Shown in pieces: positions 9,079 to 19,334 of a DNA stretch of 64,000 bases (position 1 is the stretch's first letter; each line of letters opens with the position of its first letter). The stretch comes from Minisyncoccia bacterium (GTDB lineage: Bacteria > Patescibacteriota > Minisyncoccia > 2-02-FULL-40-12 > IGHO2-01-FULL-4-A): assembly GCA_050015375.1 (NCBI GenBank), contig JBEKBN010000006.1:454-64453 (forward strand), given 5' to 3'. The notes beneath the pieces were generated by a model, which had not been told where the DNA came from, made no database searches, and saw only the letters and a program-made list of their open reading frames with translations. The translations under genes and the position numbers were made by a program.

Positions 9079-10248
9079 ATGATTCGTTACATTTCCGAAT
9101 TGAATAGAGAACAGTTGAACGGCAAAAAAGTTTTATTGCGGGTTGATTTTAATGTGGCGCTATCGCAACTTCCGGCTGTCAACAACCAGCCGCCGACTTT
9201 CAAAATTGCCGAGGGTTTCAGGATAAAGTCGCACAAAGAAACAATTGATTATCTGACCGGCAATGACGCGAAAGTGATGCTGGTGGCGCACATTTCGCAG
9301 ATAAACAGTTTTTTGCCGATCGTGGAAAATATCGGAGAAATTCTCGGCCAGACGCTGACCCTAGTGCCGTTGGAGCATATTTCAGATTCTGGAAAACTTT
9401 TTAGTGCCAGTTCAGTTCTTTTACTGGACAATATCCGCCAAGATTCGGGCGAAGAAAAGAATAGCGACGAATTGGCGAATAAACTGGTTCAGGGCTTTGA
9501 CTTGTATGTCAACGACGCTTTTTCGGTCAGTCATCGCAAGCACGCTTCGGTGTCGGCGGTGGCCGGAAAACTCCCGGCTTATGGCGGATTGCTGATAAAA
9601 AAAGAGATCGAGGGATTATCAAAAGCGCTCAACGCGCCGGTTCAAGGGAAAACCGTGATTTTGGGTGGCGCCAAAATCGCCACTAAGTTGCCGGTCATTG
9701 AGAATTTTTTGGACAAAGCGGAGAAAATACTAGTCGGCGGAGCGATTGCCAACAATTTTTTCAAGGCAAATGGAATTAATGTCGGCGCGTCCTTGGTTGA
9801 CGATGGCACTTTGAGTATAAAAAACCTGGATATGAATAAAATTGTTTTGCCGGTTGACGCGTTGGTTTCCGACGATAGAACCGGAAATGGTAATGTCAGA
9901 TTTGTTGACCTGAAAAAACCCGACATCGCGGCTCAAGAATCGATACTCGACATCGGCAAAGAAAGTATAGCTAACTTCACTGAGATCATCGGCCTTTCAA
10001 AAATGGTGGTTTGGAATGGACCGATGGGTTTGAACGAGGTTGAACGATTTAAAAACGGAACCAACGCTGTGGGCGTTGCGGTTTCAAAAGTCGGCTATTC
10101 TGTCATTGGCGGCGGCGACACGGTGGCGGCGCTTTCTGAAGAGATAAGATCAAAATTCACTTTTGTTTCCACCGGCGGGGGAGCAATGCTTGATTTTCTT
10201 GCCGGCAAACCCATGCCCGGACTTGTTGCTTTGGGCTATCAGGAGTAA
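9079..10248 (+). CDS. pgk: Phosphoglycerate kinase
   Basis: VLLRVDFNV, YVNDAFSVSHRKHAS, LGGAK, WNGPMG, GGGDT, STGGGA. Confidence 0.97.
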   Translation: MIRYISELNREQLNGKKVLLRVDFNVALSQLPAVNNQPPTFKIAEGFRIKSHKETIDYLTGNDAKVMLVAHISQINSFLPIVENIGEILGQTLTLVPLEHISDSGKLFSASSVLLLDNIRQDSGEEKNSDELANKLVQGFDLYVNDAFSVSHRKHASVSAVAGKLPAYGGLLIKKEIEGLSKALNAPVQGKTVILGGAKIATKLPVIENFLDKAEKILVGGAIANNFFKANGINVGASLVDDGTLSIKNLDMNKIVLPVDALVSDDRTGNGNVRFVDLKKPDIAAQESILDIGKESIANFTEIIGLSKMVVWNGPMGLNEVERFKNGTNAVGVAVSKVGYSVIGGGDTVAALSEEIRSKFTFVSTGGGAMLDFLAGKPMPGLVALGYQE

Positions 10249-10259
10249 GCTGAATTACC

Positions 10260-10694
10260 ATGAAGAAACTCATTATTCATTCTGACGGCGGGTCAAGGGG
10301 AAATCCTGGAGACGCAGCGATCGGCGTGGTCATTGAAGAAATCGGCGGCACGCTCAAGAAACAATACGGCGAATATATCGGCCGGGCGACGAACAACGAA
10401 GCCGAATATCAGGCGGCGATATTCGGTTTAAAAAAATTAAAACAACTTATCGGCAAAGAAGCCATCGAAACGGCGAAAGTCGAGGTCTGGGTGGACAGCG
10501 AACTCTTAGAACGCCAGATCAACGGATTTTTCAAAATTGAAGATACCAATATCCAACCGTTATTTTTGCAATTGTGGAATCTGAGAATTGATTATGGCGA
10601 CATTAAGTTCAAACACGTTCCGCGCGAGCGAAACCGCGAAGCCGATAAGATGGTCAATGCGACACTTGACAAGGAATTAAATAAGCTGATATGA
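10260..10694 (+). CDS. rnhA: Ribonuclease HI family protein
   Basis: DGGSRGNPG, TNNEAEY, DSELL, HVPRERNREAD. Confidence 0.92.
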   Translation: MKKLIIHSDGGSRGNPGDAAIGVVIEEIGGTLKKQYGEYIGRATNNEAEYQAAIFGLKKLKQLIGKEAIETAKVEVWVDSELLERQINGFFKIEDTNIQPLFLQLWNLRIDYGDIKFKHVPRERNREADKMVNATLDKELNKLI

Positions 10695-10739
10695 TGCGAG
10701 CGGAGTTGGATTGCGAACGTTAAAAAAAAGGAGGACCCC

Positions 10740-10994
10740 ATGAGCATTTCTGACTGGCTTGTGCTTGTCGAAATTGTTGTCTTTGTGTTGACGATCCATT
10801 TTCTTTTGTATCGAAGCAGCAAGGTTTTTAAGTATAGAGGTCGGCTGTTGGATAAGATCCTCAAAATTATTCCCGAGGATCCGGATAGAGCGCTTAGATC
10901 CGTTAAAAAATTAAACTCTACGTCCTATAGTAAAATGGTTTTCGTTTTTTGGAAACCGCTGACCAGTTTTGTGAAAGAAGAAGATTTTGTCTAG
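10740..10994 (+). CDS. Small orphan protein with N-terminal TM helix
   Basis: TTGACA-18-TATGAT promoter, AAGGAGG SD, terminator after the stop. Confidence 0.65.
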   Translation: MSISDWLVLVEIVVFVLTIHFLLYRSSKVFKYRGRLLDKILKIIPEDPDRALRSVKKLNSTSYSKMVFVFWKPLTSFVKEEDFV

Positions 10995-11102
10995 ATGGCC
11001 ATTGCGCCGTCTTTTTTTATTTCAATGAAAAAATCTTGCCGAAGTTTTTGTTTTATGCTTTCATGGCTTGAGCATCATTAACAATCTTTTATGGGGTAAA
11101 AC

Positions 11103-12254
11103 ATGAAATATCGCGATCCATTGTATGGGGAATGGGAATTACCACCGGTTATTAAAGAATTGGTCCAATCTCGAGCGATGGACAGATACCGGAAGATCAC
11201 CATGTCTTTGTTGCCAAATTCCATGGAACCGCTGGGGACAATTCCAAGCCGATTTCATCATGGAATGGGCGTCTGTTTTTTGGCCCAGGTGGTCGTTGGA
11301 AATAGCATCTCATGGCCCGAAGCAGTTTTCGATCCTTTGGTACTGTTGGTTGCTTCACTGCTTCACGATATCGGCAATCCGTCTTTTCCGCATTTGTCTG
11401 AACCATTTTTAATAGAATTTTGGGGTAAAAATGGTGAAACATTCGCCGCGGACATTATCGCCGGTACGGATATTCCGGAAATTCTCGAGAAATATGATAT
11501 TCCAATCGAAAATGTTCTTGATTTCATTGCCGGAACATTAAGGCCGTATTCAGATGTTCTGAACGGTTCGCTCGATCTCGATAATCTGGACACTCTCCGC
11601 TATGATTATTTCGCGAAATTGGGTGGAATTGACTACGACCCGGTCAAGATCGCCGGAAGTTTCCGGTTTAAAAATAACCGCTGGGTTTTGGATAAAAAAT
11701 GCCAAAGCAATGTTGCCGCATGGAAAATGAATCGGGGAATGGTCTACCGTAAGATTTACAGTTCTCAACATTTGTCTGTGGTTTCAATGGTGCATCGGGC
11801 GCTTGAACTCGCGTTTTTAAAAGGCGAGCTGAACCACGATTTTTTCTTCCTGAATGACGAAGAGGCGGTCAATTTCCTTCGAACCAAATGCAATCCAAAA
11901 ACGGCTAAACTGATGGATATGGCGACGAGATGGCAGTGGTATGATCTGGCTTACGATTATCAGACGACAAATCCCAACCAATGGTTGATTAAAGCATCAA
12001 CTGGCTGGCGAAGCAGGAGGGCCTTGGCTGATGCGATCTGTTTGGACCTGCATTTGTTGCGTGAAAACGTCTGTGTTTATATCGACCGAGGGAGAGACAC
12101 GAGAAGGATCAAAATCCCATTTAGCGACGGGAAAAACCTTGTATTCGATGATGAAGTCGAGATTCCGATTTATCGAATAAAAGTATTTATGGATCCATCC
12201 ATTGGTTACACGAGAAACGATATTAAAGAAATTATTGATGACCTCATCAACTAG
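11103..12254 (+). CDS. HD-domain phosphohydrolase (dNTP triphosphohydrolase-like)
   Basis: RDPLYG, SRFHHGMGV, LLHDIGNPSFPHLSE, LDLDNLD, MVYRKIY. Confidence 0.82.
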   Translation: MKYRDPLYGEWELPPVIKELVQSRAMDRYRKITMSLLPNSMEPLGTIPSRFHHGMGVCFLAQVVVGNSISWPEAVFDPLVLLVASLLHDIGNPSFPHLSEPFLIEFWGKNGETFAADIIAGTDIPEILEKYDIPIENVLDFIAGTLRPYSDVLNGSLDLDNLDTLRYDYFAKLGGIDYDPVKIAGSFRFKNNRWVLDKKCQSNVAAWKMNRGMVYRKIYSSQHLSVVSMVHRALELAFLKGELNHDFFFLNDEEAVNFLRTKCNPKTAKLMDMATRWQWYDLAYDYQTTNPNQWLIKASTGWRSRRALADAICLDLHLLRENVCVYIDRGRDTRRIKIPFSDGKNLVFDDEVEIPIYRIKVFMDPSIGYTRNDIKEIIDDLIN

Positions 12255-12282
12255 CGGTCTTAAACAGCCGCTTTTTTTATGC

Positions 12283-12310
12283 AAAAAATCCGCTTGAAAG
12301 CGGATTTTTT
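12283..12310. terminator. Bidirectional terminator-like hairpin 3' of rnpB
   Basis: AAAAAATCCGCTTGAAAGCGGATTTTTT. Confidence 0.7.
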
Positions 12311-12316
12311 GATGTC

Positions 12317-12870
12317 TTGGCAAATCTGTAAGCCGAATTCTGTTCCCCCACTTTTTGAGTTGCCCCAAAAGTGGGGGAGGCGATCATTTATCTGGTCCCT
12401 CGGTTACCCTCGGGATCTAGCGTCTCTTCCCCCACTTTTTAAGTTGCCCTAAAAGTGGGGGACACGGACTTGCACCGGGCAGGGTTTAGCGCGCATCCAT
12501 GTCGCCATGGAGCGGTCCCGTTCGGGGCCTTTTCACCCGTGATCCGCTTGCGCGGACTCGGAATAGTTTCTGTGCCACTTTCCCTGAATTTTGATAAATA
12601 ACTTTTGTCTTAAGAACAAAAACTATCCATCTTATATTCGGTGGCCATTAGCCACTGCCCTGCTTACGCAATCACCAACTGCTAATCTCTAATCTCAAAT
12701 AAAACCATTGGCGATCTTAGTTAACAATTAATGATTGCGTAAGCGGTGTTCGGACTTTCCTCCCTAAAACATTTTGCTTTCGCAAAATGTTCGGGCGATC
12801 AATTCGCAAAGCGAATTGATTTAGCCCCAAATCCAATAAGAATTCGTAGAGTAATCACCCGATTTACCAG
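12317..12870 (-). ncRNA. rnpB: RNase P RNA, enlarged (~550 nt) by helix extensions
   Basis: Minus strand has GAGGAAAGTCCG (~12751-12762), AAAGTGGCACAGAAA, AAACCCTGCCCGGTGCAAG and AACAGAATTCGGCTTA; termini pair as P1; TATAAT just upstream. Confidence 0.93.
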
Positions 12871-12947
12871 GACTTTACAATTATACCAGTATTGTGCTAT
12901 CTTTGCAATGGTTTTTTGAAATTTGAAAAATGTAAGGAGAATTCACT

Positions 12948-13151
12948 ATGGCCACTAGGAAAACAGGAAAAGAAAGAAAGATTAGGGTAACCTTAGACCT
13001 TGGGCAGAAACATTACGAGATGCTTAACGAGTTGGAAAAGATGACAGAGGGATGCAAAGCAGACGTAGTACGAAGGGCCCTGAAAGATTATTTCATGAAA
13101 TTAGCAAGTGATAAACCAGATCTGATTTCCAGATTTCACGAGATTCTTTAG
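12948..13151 (+). CDS. Ribbon-helix-helix (CopG-like) protein
   Basis: RVTLDL strand followed by two helices, KADVVRRAL; AAGGAG SD. Confidence 0.7.
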   Translation: MATRKTGKERKIRVTLDLGQKHYEMLNELEKMTEGCKADVVRRALKDYFMKLASDKPDLISRFHEIL

Positions 13152-13267
13152 TGAAACTTAAGAATCCGCCCGTCCCCCGCGAGGAGGGCTTTTTTCTTGC
13201 CATTGAAATTAAATTAACCCCGGTGTATATTGTACTAGCGATATTCACTTGTTCCTTGGAGGAAAAG

Positions 13268-13465
13268 ATGGCGACAGACACAATTGAGGCAACCGAGTGT
13301 ACCTGTCCAAAAACCTGCATTTGCGAGGACCCGCCCTTGACAATTGAGGTTAATGGTAGGTTAGATTTCGTTTTTGAAGGTGGCGCGTATCAGATTGGTG
13401 ATGAGTGCCCAATTCACAATAAATCTCCACAGCCAAATCCCAAGTGTCCGGTTCACGGCGGTTAG
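13268..13465 (+). CDS. Small Cys/His-rich hypothetical protein
   Basis: 65 aa from ATG 13268 after GGAGG; CTCPKTCIC...CPIH...CPVH; terminator follows. Confidence 0.6.
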   Translation: MATDTIEATECTCPKTCICEDPPLTIEVNGRLDFVFEGGAYQIGDECPIHNKSPQPNPKCPVHGG

Positions 13466-13589
13466 ATGAAAAAGTTTGCTCGTTGAATATGCGCTTTGCC
13501 CATCCTATCTTAAAGTGATGGGCTTTTTGTTTTTGTTGAATTATATGCGGTTTTGGGGTATAGTAAACCCGACCTAAAATGACTAGATC

Positions 13590-14975
13590 ATGAAAAAATC
13601 CGAACTATTTTTCAGCGCGTTGCTTTTGCCGGTGGATTTCCTGATGCTTTTGGTGGCGGGAGTCGCGACCTATTTTTTGCGTACCCGGATACTGAACGCT
13701 TTCCGGCCGGTTTTGTTCGAGTTCAATCTGCCTTTTGAAAAATATTTTCTGTTGGTCGTTTTCGTTTCCCTGATTTTCCTAGCCGCTTACGCCCTCTCCG
13801 GCTTATACAGTTTGCAGAGCACCCGCAAAACCATTGCCGAGTTTTTCCGCGTGGTCATCGCTTCTTCGGCGGCGATAATGGTGGTCATCATTTATATCTT
13901 CTTGAGTCAATCATTGTTCAATTCCAGGTTTTTGGTTCTGGGCGCTTGGTTTTTGGCAATAGTTTTCGTGTCGTTTGGCCGTCTTGTCATGCGGTATCTT
14001 CAAAGATTTTTGGTCTCAAGATATGATTTTGGGATCCACAAGGTTATGGTCATCGGCGATGACGAACTTTCCCAAAAGATCGTTGATGACATCAGAACAA
14101 ATCCCGCCTACGGTTATCGGATCGTTAAGCATTTGGCTAACCCCGAGGTCATTGAAGTTAAATTGGCCATCGGTAATCCGGGAATTGACGAGGTCATTCT
14201 CGCCAACCCGAATTATCCCGCCGACAAAGTTACCGAGATCGTGGATTTTTGTCACGAGAATCATCTGGTTTTTAAATTTGTGCCCAATCTATTTCAAACA
14301 TTGACCGCGAATTTCGCCGTTGACACTTTTTCGGGCGCGCCGTTGATAGAATTAAAACGAACCGCTCTCGATGGCTGGGGAAGGATTATAAAAAGGATAG
14401 TTGATATCTTTGGTTCGGGTATCGGACTTGTGATATTATCACCCTTTTTTCTAATCATCGCTTTCGCCATCAAATGGGAAACCGAAGGACCGGTTTTCGT
14501 TCATCTTGAACGAATCAGCCGGAACAAGCATTTCAAATTATTGAAATTCAGATCAATGATAAAAGATGCCGAGAAATACAAAGACCAGCTCTGGCAATTC
14601 AACGAGCGAAGCGACAGTCCGCTTTTCAAAATGAAAAATGATCCGCGCATCACCGGCGTCGGCAGATTCTTGCGCCGGCTCCGGTTGGATGAATTGCCCC
14701 AGCTTTATAATGTCTGGACAGGTGATATTTCGCTCGTCGGCCCGCGACCGCATCAGCCGGACGAAATCGAAAAATATCAGAAGCATCACCGACGGCTTCT
14801 GGCCATCAAAGCCGGCGTAACCGGCATGGCCCAGATATCGGGCAGTTCCGATCTGCCGTTCGAAAAAGAAGTTGCCATTGACACGCTCTACATCGAGAAC
14901 TGGTCTTTCGGGCAGGATGTTAAAATCCTGATCCTGACAATCCTCAAACTCTTCCGAGACAAATCGGCGGTTTGA
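13590..14975 (+). CDS. Polyprenyl-phosphate sugar phosphotransferase (WcaJ/WbaP-like)
   Basis: N-terminal TMs; KRIVDIFGS, KFRSM, DPRITGVGRFLRRLRLDELPQL, SLVGPRP, YIENWS. Confidence 0.93.
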   Translation: MKKSELFFSALLLPVDFLMLLVAGVATYFLRTRILNAFRPVLFEFNLPFEKYFLLVVFVSLIFLAAYALSGLYSLQSTRKTIAEFFRVVIASSAAIMVVIIYIFLSQSLFNSRFLVLGAWFLAIVFVSFGRLVMRYLQRFLVSRYDFGIHKVMVIGDDELSQKIVDDIRTNPAYGYRIVKHLANPEVIEVKLAIGNPGIDEVILANPNYPADKVTEIVDFCHENHLVFKFVPNLFQTLTANFAVDTFSGAPLIELKRTALDGWGRIIKRIVDIFGSGIGLVILSPFFLIIAFAIKWETEGPVFVHLERISRNKHFKLLKFRSMIKDAEKYKDQLWQFNERSDSPLFKMKNDPRITGVGRFLRRLRLDELPQLYNVWTGDISLVGPRPHQPDEIEKYQKHHRRLLAIKAGVTGMAQISGSSDLPFEKEVAIDTLYIENWSFGQDVKILILTILKLFRDKSAV

Positions 14976-15036
14976 CAATGGTTTCGGGTAGTAGTAACCT
15001 CTAACTAGCAATTTCACATTTTGGGAGGGGAAAGCC

Positions 15037-15546
15037 ATGGCATGGGCAACTGTCAAATCGGTCATTAAGGGTGTTTTTCTTATGTTGTTCTTTGTCGCAA
15101 CCTTGAGCTTAGCAATATTATCGGTATGTTTGTTTGTTTTGAATCCGAAACCGGCCCTGTTTTTTAATGTCGAAATTCCTGCCGGAGAGGTTTACTTGAA
15201 CGATCCAACAATACCCGGTTTCAAAGCTGATATGGCGCTTCAGAACTTTATGAAAATGAATCCCAATTCTGCGCCAATAACTTCGATTTATGGAAAGAAC
15301 GAACCTGCCAATCCTGAAGTAATTGTTGACTATTGGCTTCGACGAGACAGCGAATCGTTTTATCATGCCAGCCAGCGATTACCGGTGAAATGGTTATTCG
15401 GATTCATCATTGACCGAGTTGACCGGAATGGCCAAGTGATCATCGCCTATCCCAAACGCGATCCCGAACTTTGTATTCTTTTCCCGGGGTTGTTTCTGAT
15501 CTGTCTGGTATGCTGGATACCTATATTATTTTATAACTATCTTTGA
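15037..15546 (+). CDS. Orphan two-TM membrane protein
   Basis: TTGACA promoter overlapping the upstream stop; GGGAGGGG SD; hydrophobic termini. Confidence 0.6.
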   Translation: MAWATVKSVIKGVFLMLFFVATLSLAILSVCLFVLNPKPALFFNVEIPAGEVYLNDPTIPGFKADMALQNFMKMNPNSAPITSIYGKNEPANPEVIVDYWLRRDSESFYHASQRLPVKWLFGFIIDRVDRNGQVIIAYPKRDPELCILFPGLFLICLVCWIPILFYNYL

Positions 15547-15591
15547 TTTAAAAAATACAAACCGCTACGATCAAACGCGGTTTTTTTATTG

Positions 15592-16833
15592 TTATTCGTA
15601 TCGCAGCGCCTCGATCGGGCTTTTCCTTGCCGCTGTCCGGGCGGGGATGATGCCGAAGGCGAAACCGATGGCCGTTGAAACCGTCACCCCCAAGATCGCG
15701 CCGGTGTAAGAAAAAATGAACGGGAAATTGATGCCCAGAAAATTATTAACAATGAAAACGGTCGCAATATTGAAAAGCGTTCCCAAGATTATACCCACCA
15801 AACCGCCGGTGAAGGTCAGCATCACCGCCTCGATCAAAAATTGAAGAAGAATGTCGTTGTTAGTAGCGCCGACGGCTTTCCGAAGGCCGATCTCTCGCGT
15901 CCGTTCGGTCACTGAGACGAACATGATGTTCATGATGCCGACTCCGCCGACGATAAGTGAAATAGCGGCGATGGACGACAAAAGCAAAGTCAAAACGGTG
16001 GTAATCGTGCCGATAGTGTTGACCAGATCAGCTTGGGTTTGGATGTAGAAATCATCTTTAACCGGGTCGGTGATGTTGTGGTCGGCCCGAAGCACGGCCG
16101 TGGCGTCGGAGATGACATTACTGATGGTGTCGGTCGAACTGGCCTGGATCATGACCCGCTGGAAATAATTGATGCCCAAAATATATTCCTGGGCCGTGGA
16201 ATATGGCGTCAAAATGGCCTCGTCAAAATTTATAATGGATGACGAACCCTTGGGCGCGACGACACCGATGATTCGCAATGACTTGTCCTTTATTTTTATT
16301 TTCTCGCCGATGGGACTTGACAGGCCAAATAATTTTTGGGCGACGGTTTGACCGATAACGGCTACAGCATTTTTGTCGGCGACATCTTCCGCCGTGAACA
16401 TCGCTCCCTCGCCGATACTGATATTAAAAAGGGCGGCCATATTTTCATCACCGCCAAGAAGCGTTGCGCTGTAAACCTCCGGGCCGTAGCTGGCGACGCC
16501 GGGGCCGGTAACCATAGCTTCAACCATGACGGCATCGGGAACATTGCTGGTTTTTTTCAAAGCGTCGATATCCCTTTGTTTTATCGAATCGGTCAGCAAA
16601 CTTCCGGCAAAACCGGACGGGCCGCTGGGCTGGCGGCCGGGCAGAATGTAAATATTGTTCGGACCCAAGCCCTGGATCTGGCCGACGATAAGTTGCTGGG
16701 CGCTTTGGCCGATGGACATTACTAAAATTATCGAAGTGATGCCGATGACAATACCCAAAATCGTCAACGCCGAACGCGACTTGTGGCTTGAAAGCCCGAT
16801 GAAAGACATTTTGACGGTATCTCTTAGTTGCAT
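15592..16833 (-). CDS. MacB-like ABC transporter permease
   Basis: RSALTILGIVIGI, GGVGIMNIMFVSVTERTREIGLRKAVGA, PIEALRYE. Confidence 0.95.
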   Translation of the reverse strand: MQLRDTVKMSFIGLSSHKSRSALTILGIVIGITSIILVMSIGQSAQQLIVGQIQGLGPNNIYILPGRQPSGPSGFAGSLLTDSIKQRDIDALKKTSNVPDAVMVEAMVTGPGVASYGPEVYSATLLGGDENMAALFNISIGEGAMFTAEDVADKNAVAVIGQTVAQKLFGLSSPIGEKIKIKDKSLRIIGVVAPKGSSSIINFDEAILTPYSTAQEYILGINYFQRVMIQASSTDTISNVISDATAVLRADHNITDPVKDDFYIQTQADLVNTIGTITTVLTLLLSSIAAISLIVGGVGIMNIMFVSVTERTREIGLRKAVGATNNDILLQFLIEAVMLTFTGGLVGIILGTLFNIATVFIVNNFLGINFPFIFSYTGAILGVTVSTAIGFAFGIIPARTAARKSPIEALRYE

Positions 16834-16856
16834 AATTATATTTTACGGGTCAAAGA

Positions 16857-17579
16857 TTATTTCACAAATCCGTCTTTGGAAATTATTCTTCTCTCGGTGT
16901 TTATTTCTTCTCTTTGGATGGTGCCGTCATGGATATGGATGATACGCTCGGCGCAGCCGGCGACATAAGATTCGTGAGTCACCAAAACTATGGTGTGGCC
17001 ATCGTTGTGCAATTTTTCAAAAAATTCCAGAATAACTTCGCCGGATCTTGAATCTAAACTTCCCGTCGGCTCGTCGGCGAAAATAACTTTCGGATTATTG
17101 ACCAAAGCCCGAGCGATGGCCACCCGCTGTTTCTGACCGCCGGATAATTTCGTGACTTGGAAGTCCTCGCGATCATGAAGGCCGACCAGGTCCACCAGTT
17201 TTTTGGCAATCCGAGTTCTTTCCGGCTCATCAATTCCTCCGTAGACGAGCGGAAGTTTCACGTTTTCCATGACCGATAATTTCGGCATCAAGTTGAACGA
17301 CTGAAAAACGAAGCCGATTTTTTTGTTCCTGACATCGGCCAATTCATTGTCGGAGAATTTGCTCAATTCCTTGCCGTCGAGATAATATTGGCCGCCCGAC
17401 GGCCGGTCAAGGCAACCTAAAACCTGGAGCAAAGTGGATTTGCCCGAGCCGGACGGTCCGACAATGGCCACGAATTCCCCGGAGTTTATCGTCAGGTTGG
17501 CTTTGACTATGCCGGGAGTGGCTTGGCCGTCGTCATAATATATTTTTTCGAGATTTTTGGTTTCAATTAGGATTGACAT
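16857..17579 (-). CDS. ABC transporter ATP-binding protein (MacB/LolD type)
   Basis: GPSGSGKS, LSGGQKQRVAIARAL, FADEPTG. Confidence 0.96.
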   Translation of the reverse strand: MSILIETKNLEKIYYDDGQATPGIVKANLTINSGEFVAIVGPSGSGKSTLLQVLGCLDRPSGGQYYLDGKELSKFSDNELADVRNKKIGFVFQSFNLMPKLSVMENVKLPLVYGGIDEPERTRIAKKLVDLVGLHDREDFQVTKLSGGQKQRVAIARALVNNPKVIFADEPTGSLDSRSGEVILEFFEKLHNDGHTIVLVTHESYVAGCAERIIHIHDGTIQREEINTERRIISKDGFVK

Positions 17580-19174
17580 CAGTCGGTTATTATTTTGTCG
17601 CCTTCCCGAACACCGCTAAGGATCTCCACTTTGCCATCGGAACCGTAAAGGCCGGTCTGGATCTGGACTTGAGTTGAGTGGACGCCGTCCGCCGAAAGCA
17701 ATTGGACATATTTATTCCCATTTTCACGGATGATCGTTCTTTGGGGCAAAAACAAAACATTTTGGCGGTTGTCGTTCGAGATATCAAGATTGGCGGTCAT
17801 GCCGGGTTTGATCCGGTCGTCGTTTTGGCTGAGAGTGAAAATAGTTTTGTATGTCGGCACGCCCTCGATAACCGATTCTGAAGGATAGATCTGAGAAACG
17901 ACAGCGTTCCAAGTCACATCCGGACCGTAGGCGTCGAGGGTAACCGTTGCCGGGTCGCCGACTTTGATCTTTGAAACATCAGCTTCTGGAACATTGGATT
18001 CGATCTGGTATTTGTTCATGCCGATGACAGAAACAACCGTGGCCTCGGGAGCAACAATCTCGCCGACCTGGAGATCGAAAGTAGCAATAGTGCCGGCAAT
18101 GGGCGAGCGCAAAGTATTCTTGTCGAGCTGGCTTTGGATCTGAGCCTGACTGGCTTGGGCCTGTGTCAAAGCCGCTTTGGCAATGTCGATGTCATATTGG
18201 GTCGGCGGAGCGATCTTCAAAGCCAGTTGCGACTCCAAGCTGGCGACATTATTTTGAGCGGTGATGATGGCTTGGCCTTGATCGGTAACAGCGGTGATTT
18301 GGGCTAGGACACCGGCTTTGGCCGAAACAATGACCGCTTTGTCAGCATCGGTTGCCGTGATGCCGTTTAAGCCAGTGTAGATATCATCGAGCGCGGTTTG
18401 GGTCAGGACCAAAACATTTTTTACATCCTTGATAAGCTGATTGCCATCCACCAGTGACGGATTAGTTTCATAACCGGAAATTTCAGCCACTAGCCCGCTT
18501 TGCAATACCAAGAATGCCGATGAGTTGTAGTTTCCCAAATTAGGTTTGTCATAAATAGCGAACAGAGCGTCGGCTTTATCGCCAATGATCTTTTGAAATT
18601 GGTCAAAATCAATGTTGGGATATTTTTGGGCGGAGTCGGAAACGGAAACCATTGCATTTATTGCCGTGTTCAAAGCTGTTTTTGCCACTGCCAGCGAGTC
18701 CTTGGTCAAGGTGTCGTTAAGAATGTTTTTAGCGCTGTCCAAACTTGTCTGCAAAACACTGACATCTTCCGGCCGCGGACCCTGGAGAAGCTGATCGTAT
18801 TTGGCCTGTGCCGACTGGACATTGGCCGTGGCGCCAAGAAGCTGGGCTTCCAGGTCGGACGAATCCAATTTGGCGAGAACTTGGCCGGCAGTGACTTTGT
18901 CGCCGACGGCGCCGGAGATGCTGACGACCTTTCCGCTGTGGTCGAACGACAAATTGACCTGGTCATTGGCGGAAATTTGGCCGGTCTCAGAAATAACCTG
19001 CTCAATATTTCCCTTTTGAACAGCGACGGTTTTCAGCGTTGACGGTTTAGCCCGGAACAAAAAAGCTCCGCCGGCCAAGACCAAAACGATAATTCCCGCC
19101 CAAACATATGTCCGGGGGCGTTTGAAAAAGGTCGGCTTCATAATCGGTTGATTTTCATCCATAATGTTATCCAT
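17579..19174 (-). CDS. MacA-like periplasmic adaptor subunit
   Basis: N-terminal TM, GDKVTAGQVLAKLD lipoyl-like half, coiled coil, LRSPIAG, KPGMTANL; start taken at the ATG regenerated by the inserted element. Confidence 0.88.
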   Translation of the reverse strand: MDNIMDENQPIMKPTFFKRPRTYVWAGIIVLVLAGGAFLFRAKPSTLKTVAVQKGNIEQVISETGQISANDQVNLSFDHSGKVVSISGAVGDKVTAGQVLAKLDSSDLEAQLLGATANVQSAQAKYDQLLQGPRPEDVSVLQTSLDSAKNILNDTLTKDSLAVAKTALNTAINAMVSVSDSAQKYPNIDFDQFQKIIGDKADALFAIYDKPNLGNYNSSAFLVLQSGLVAEISGYETNPSLVDGNQLIKDVKNVLVLTQTALDDIYTGLNGITATDADKAVIVSAKAGVLAQITAVTDQGQAIITAQNNVASLESQLALKIAPPTQYDIDIAKAALTQAQASQAQIQSQLDKNTLRSPIAGTIATFDLQVGEIVAPEATVVSVIGMNKYQIESNVPEADVSKIKVGDPATVTLDAYGPDVTWNAVVSQIYPSESVIEGVPTYKTIFTLSQNDDRIKPGMTANLDISNDNRQNVLFLPQRTIIRENGNKYVQLLSADGVHSTQVQIQTGLYGSDGKVEILSGVREGDKIITD

Positions 19175-19291
19175 CCCGTTAGAAGTCACTGTTGCACAGT
19201 TAATCACATAAGTTATAAAACCTGCTACAGAATGACTTTATAATTGATTCCAATTCGCGAACCCGTTAGGGTGACTTCTAACGGGATCCAT
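19170..19291 (-). mobile_element. MITE-like element A on a duplicated start codon
   Basis: Minus strand ATGGAT-CCCGTTAGAAGTCAC...GTGACTTCTAACGGG-ATGGAT; ATGs 117 nt apart. Confidence 0.85.
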
Positions 19292-19334
19292 GATTTTGTC
19301 GTAATTCAGTAATTTTATTATAAATTATAAGAAA

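Noticed and set aside
19175-19207. Shared N-terminus MINCATVTSNG / MISCETVTSNG (also 52086-52118) as a protein motif
   Set aside because: It is the translation of the inserted element's right end
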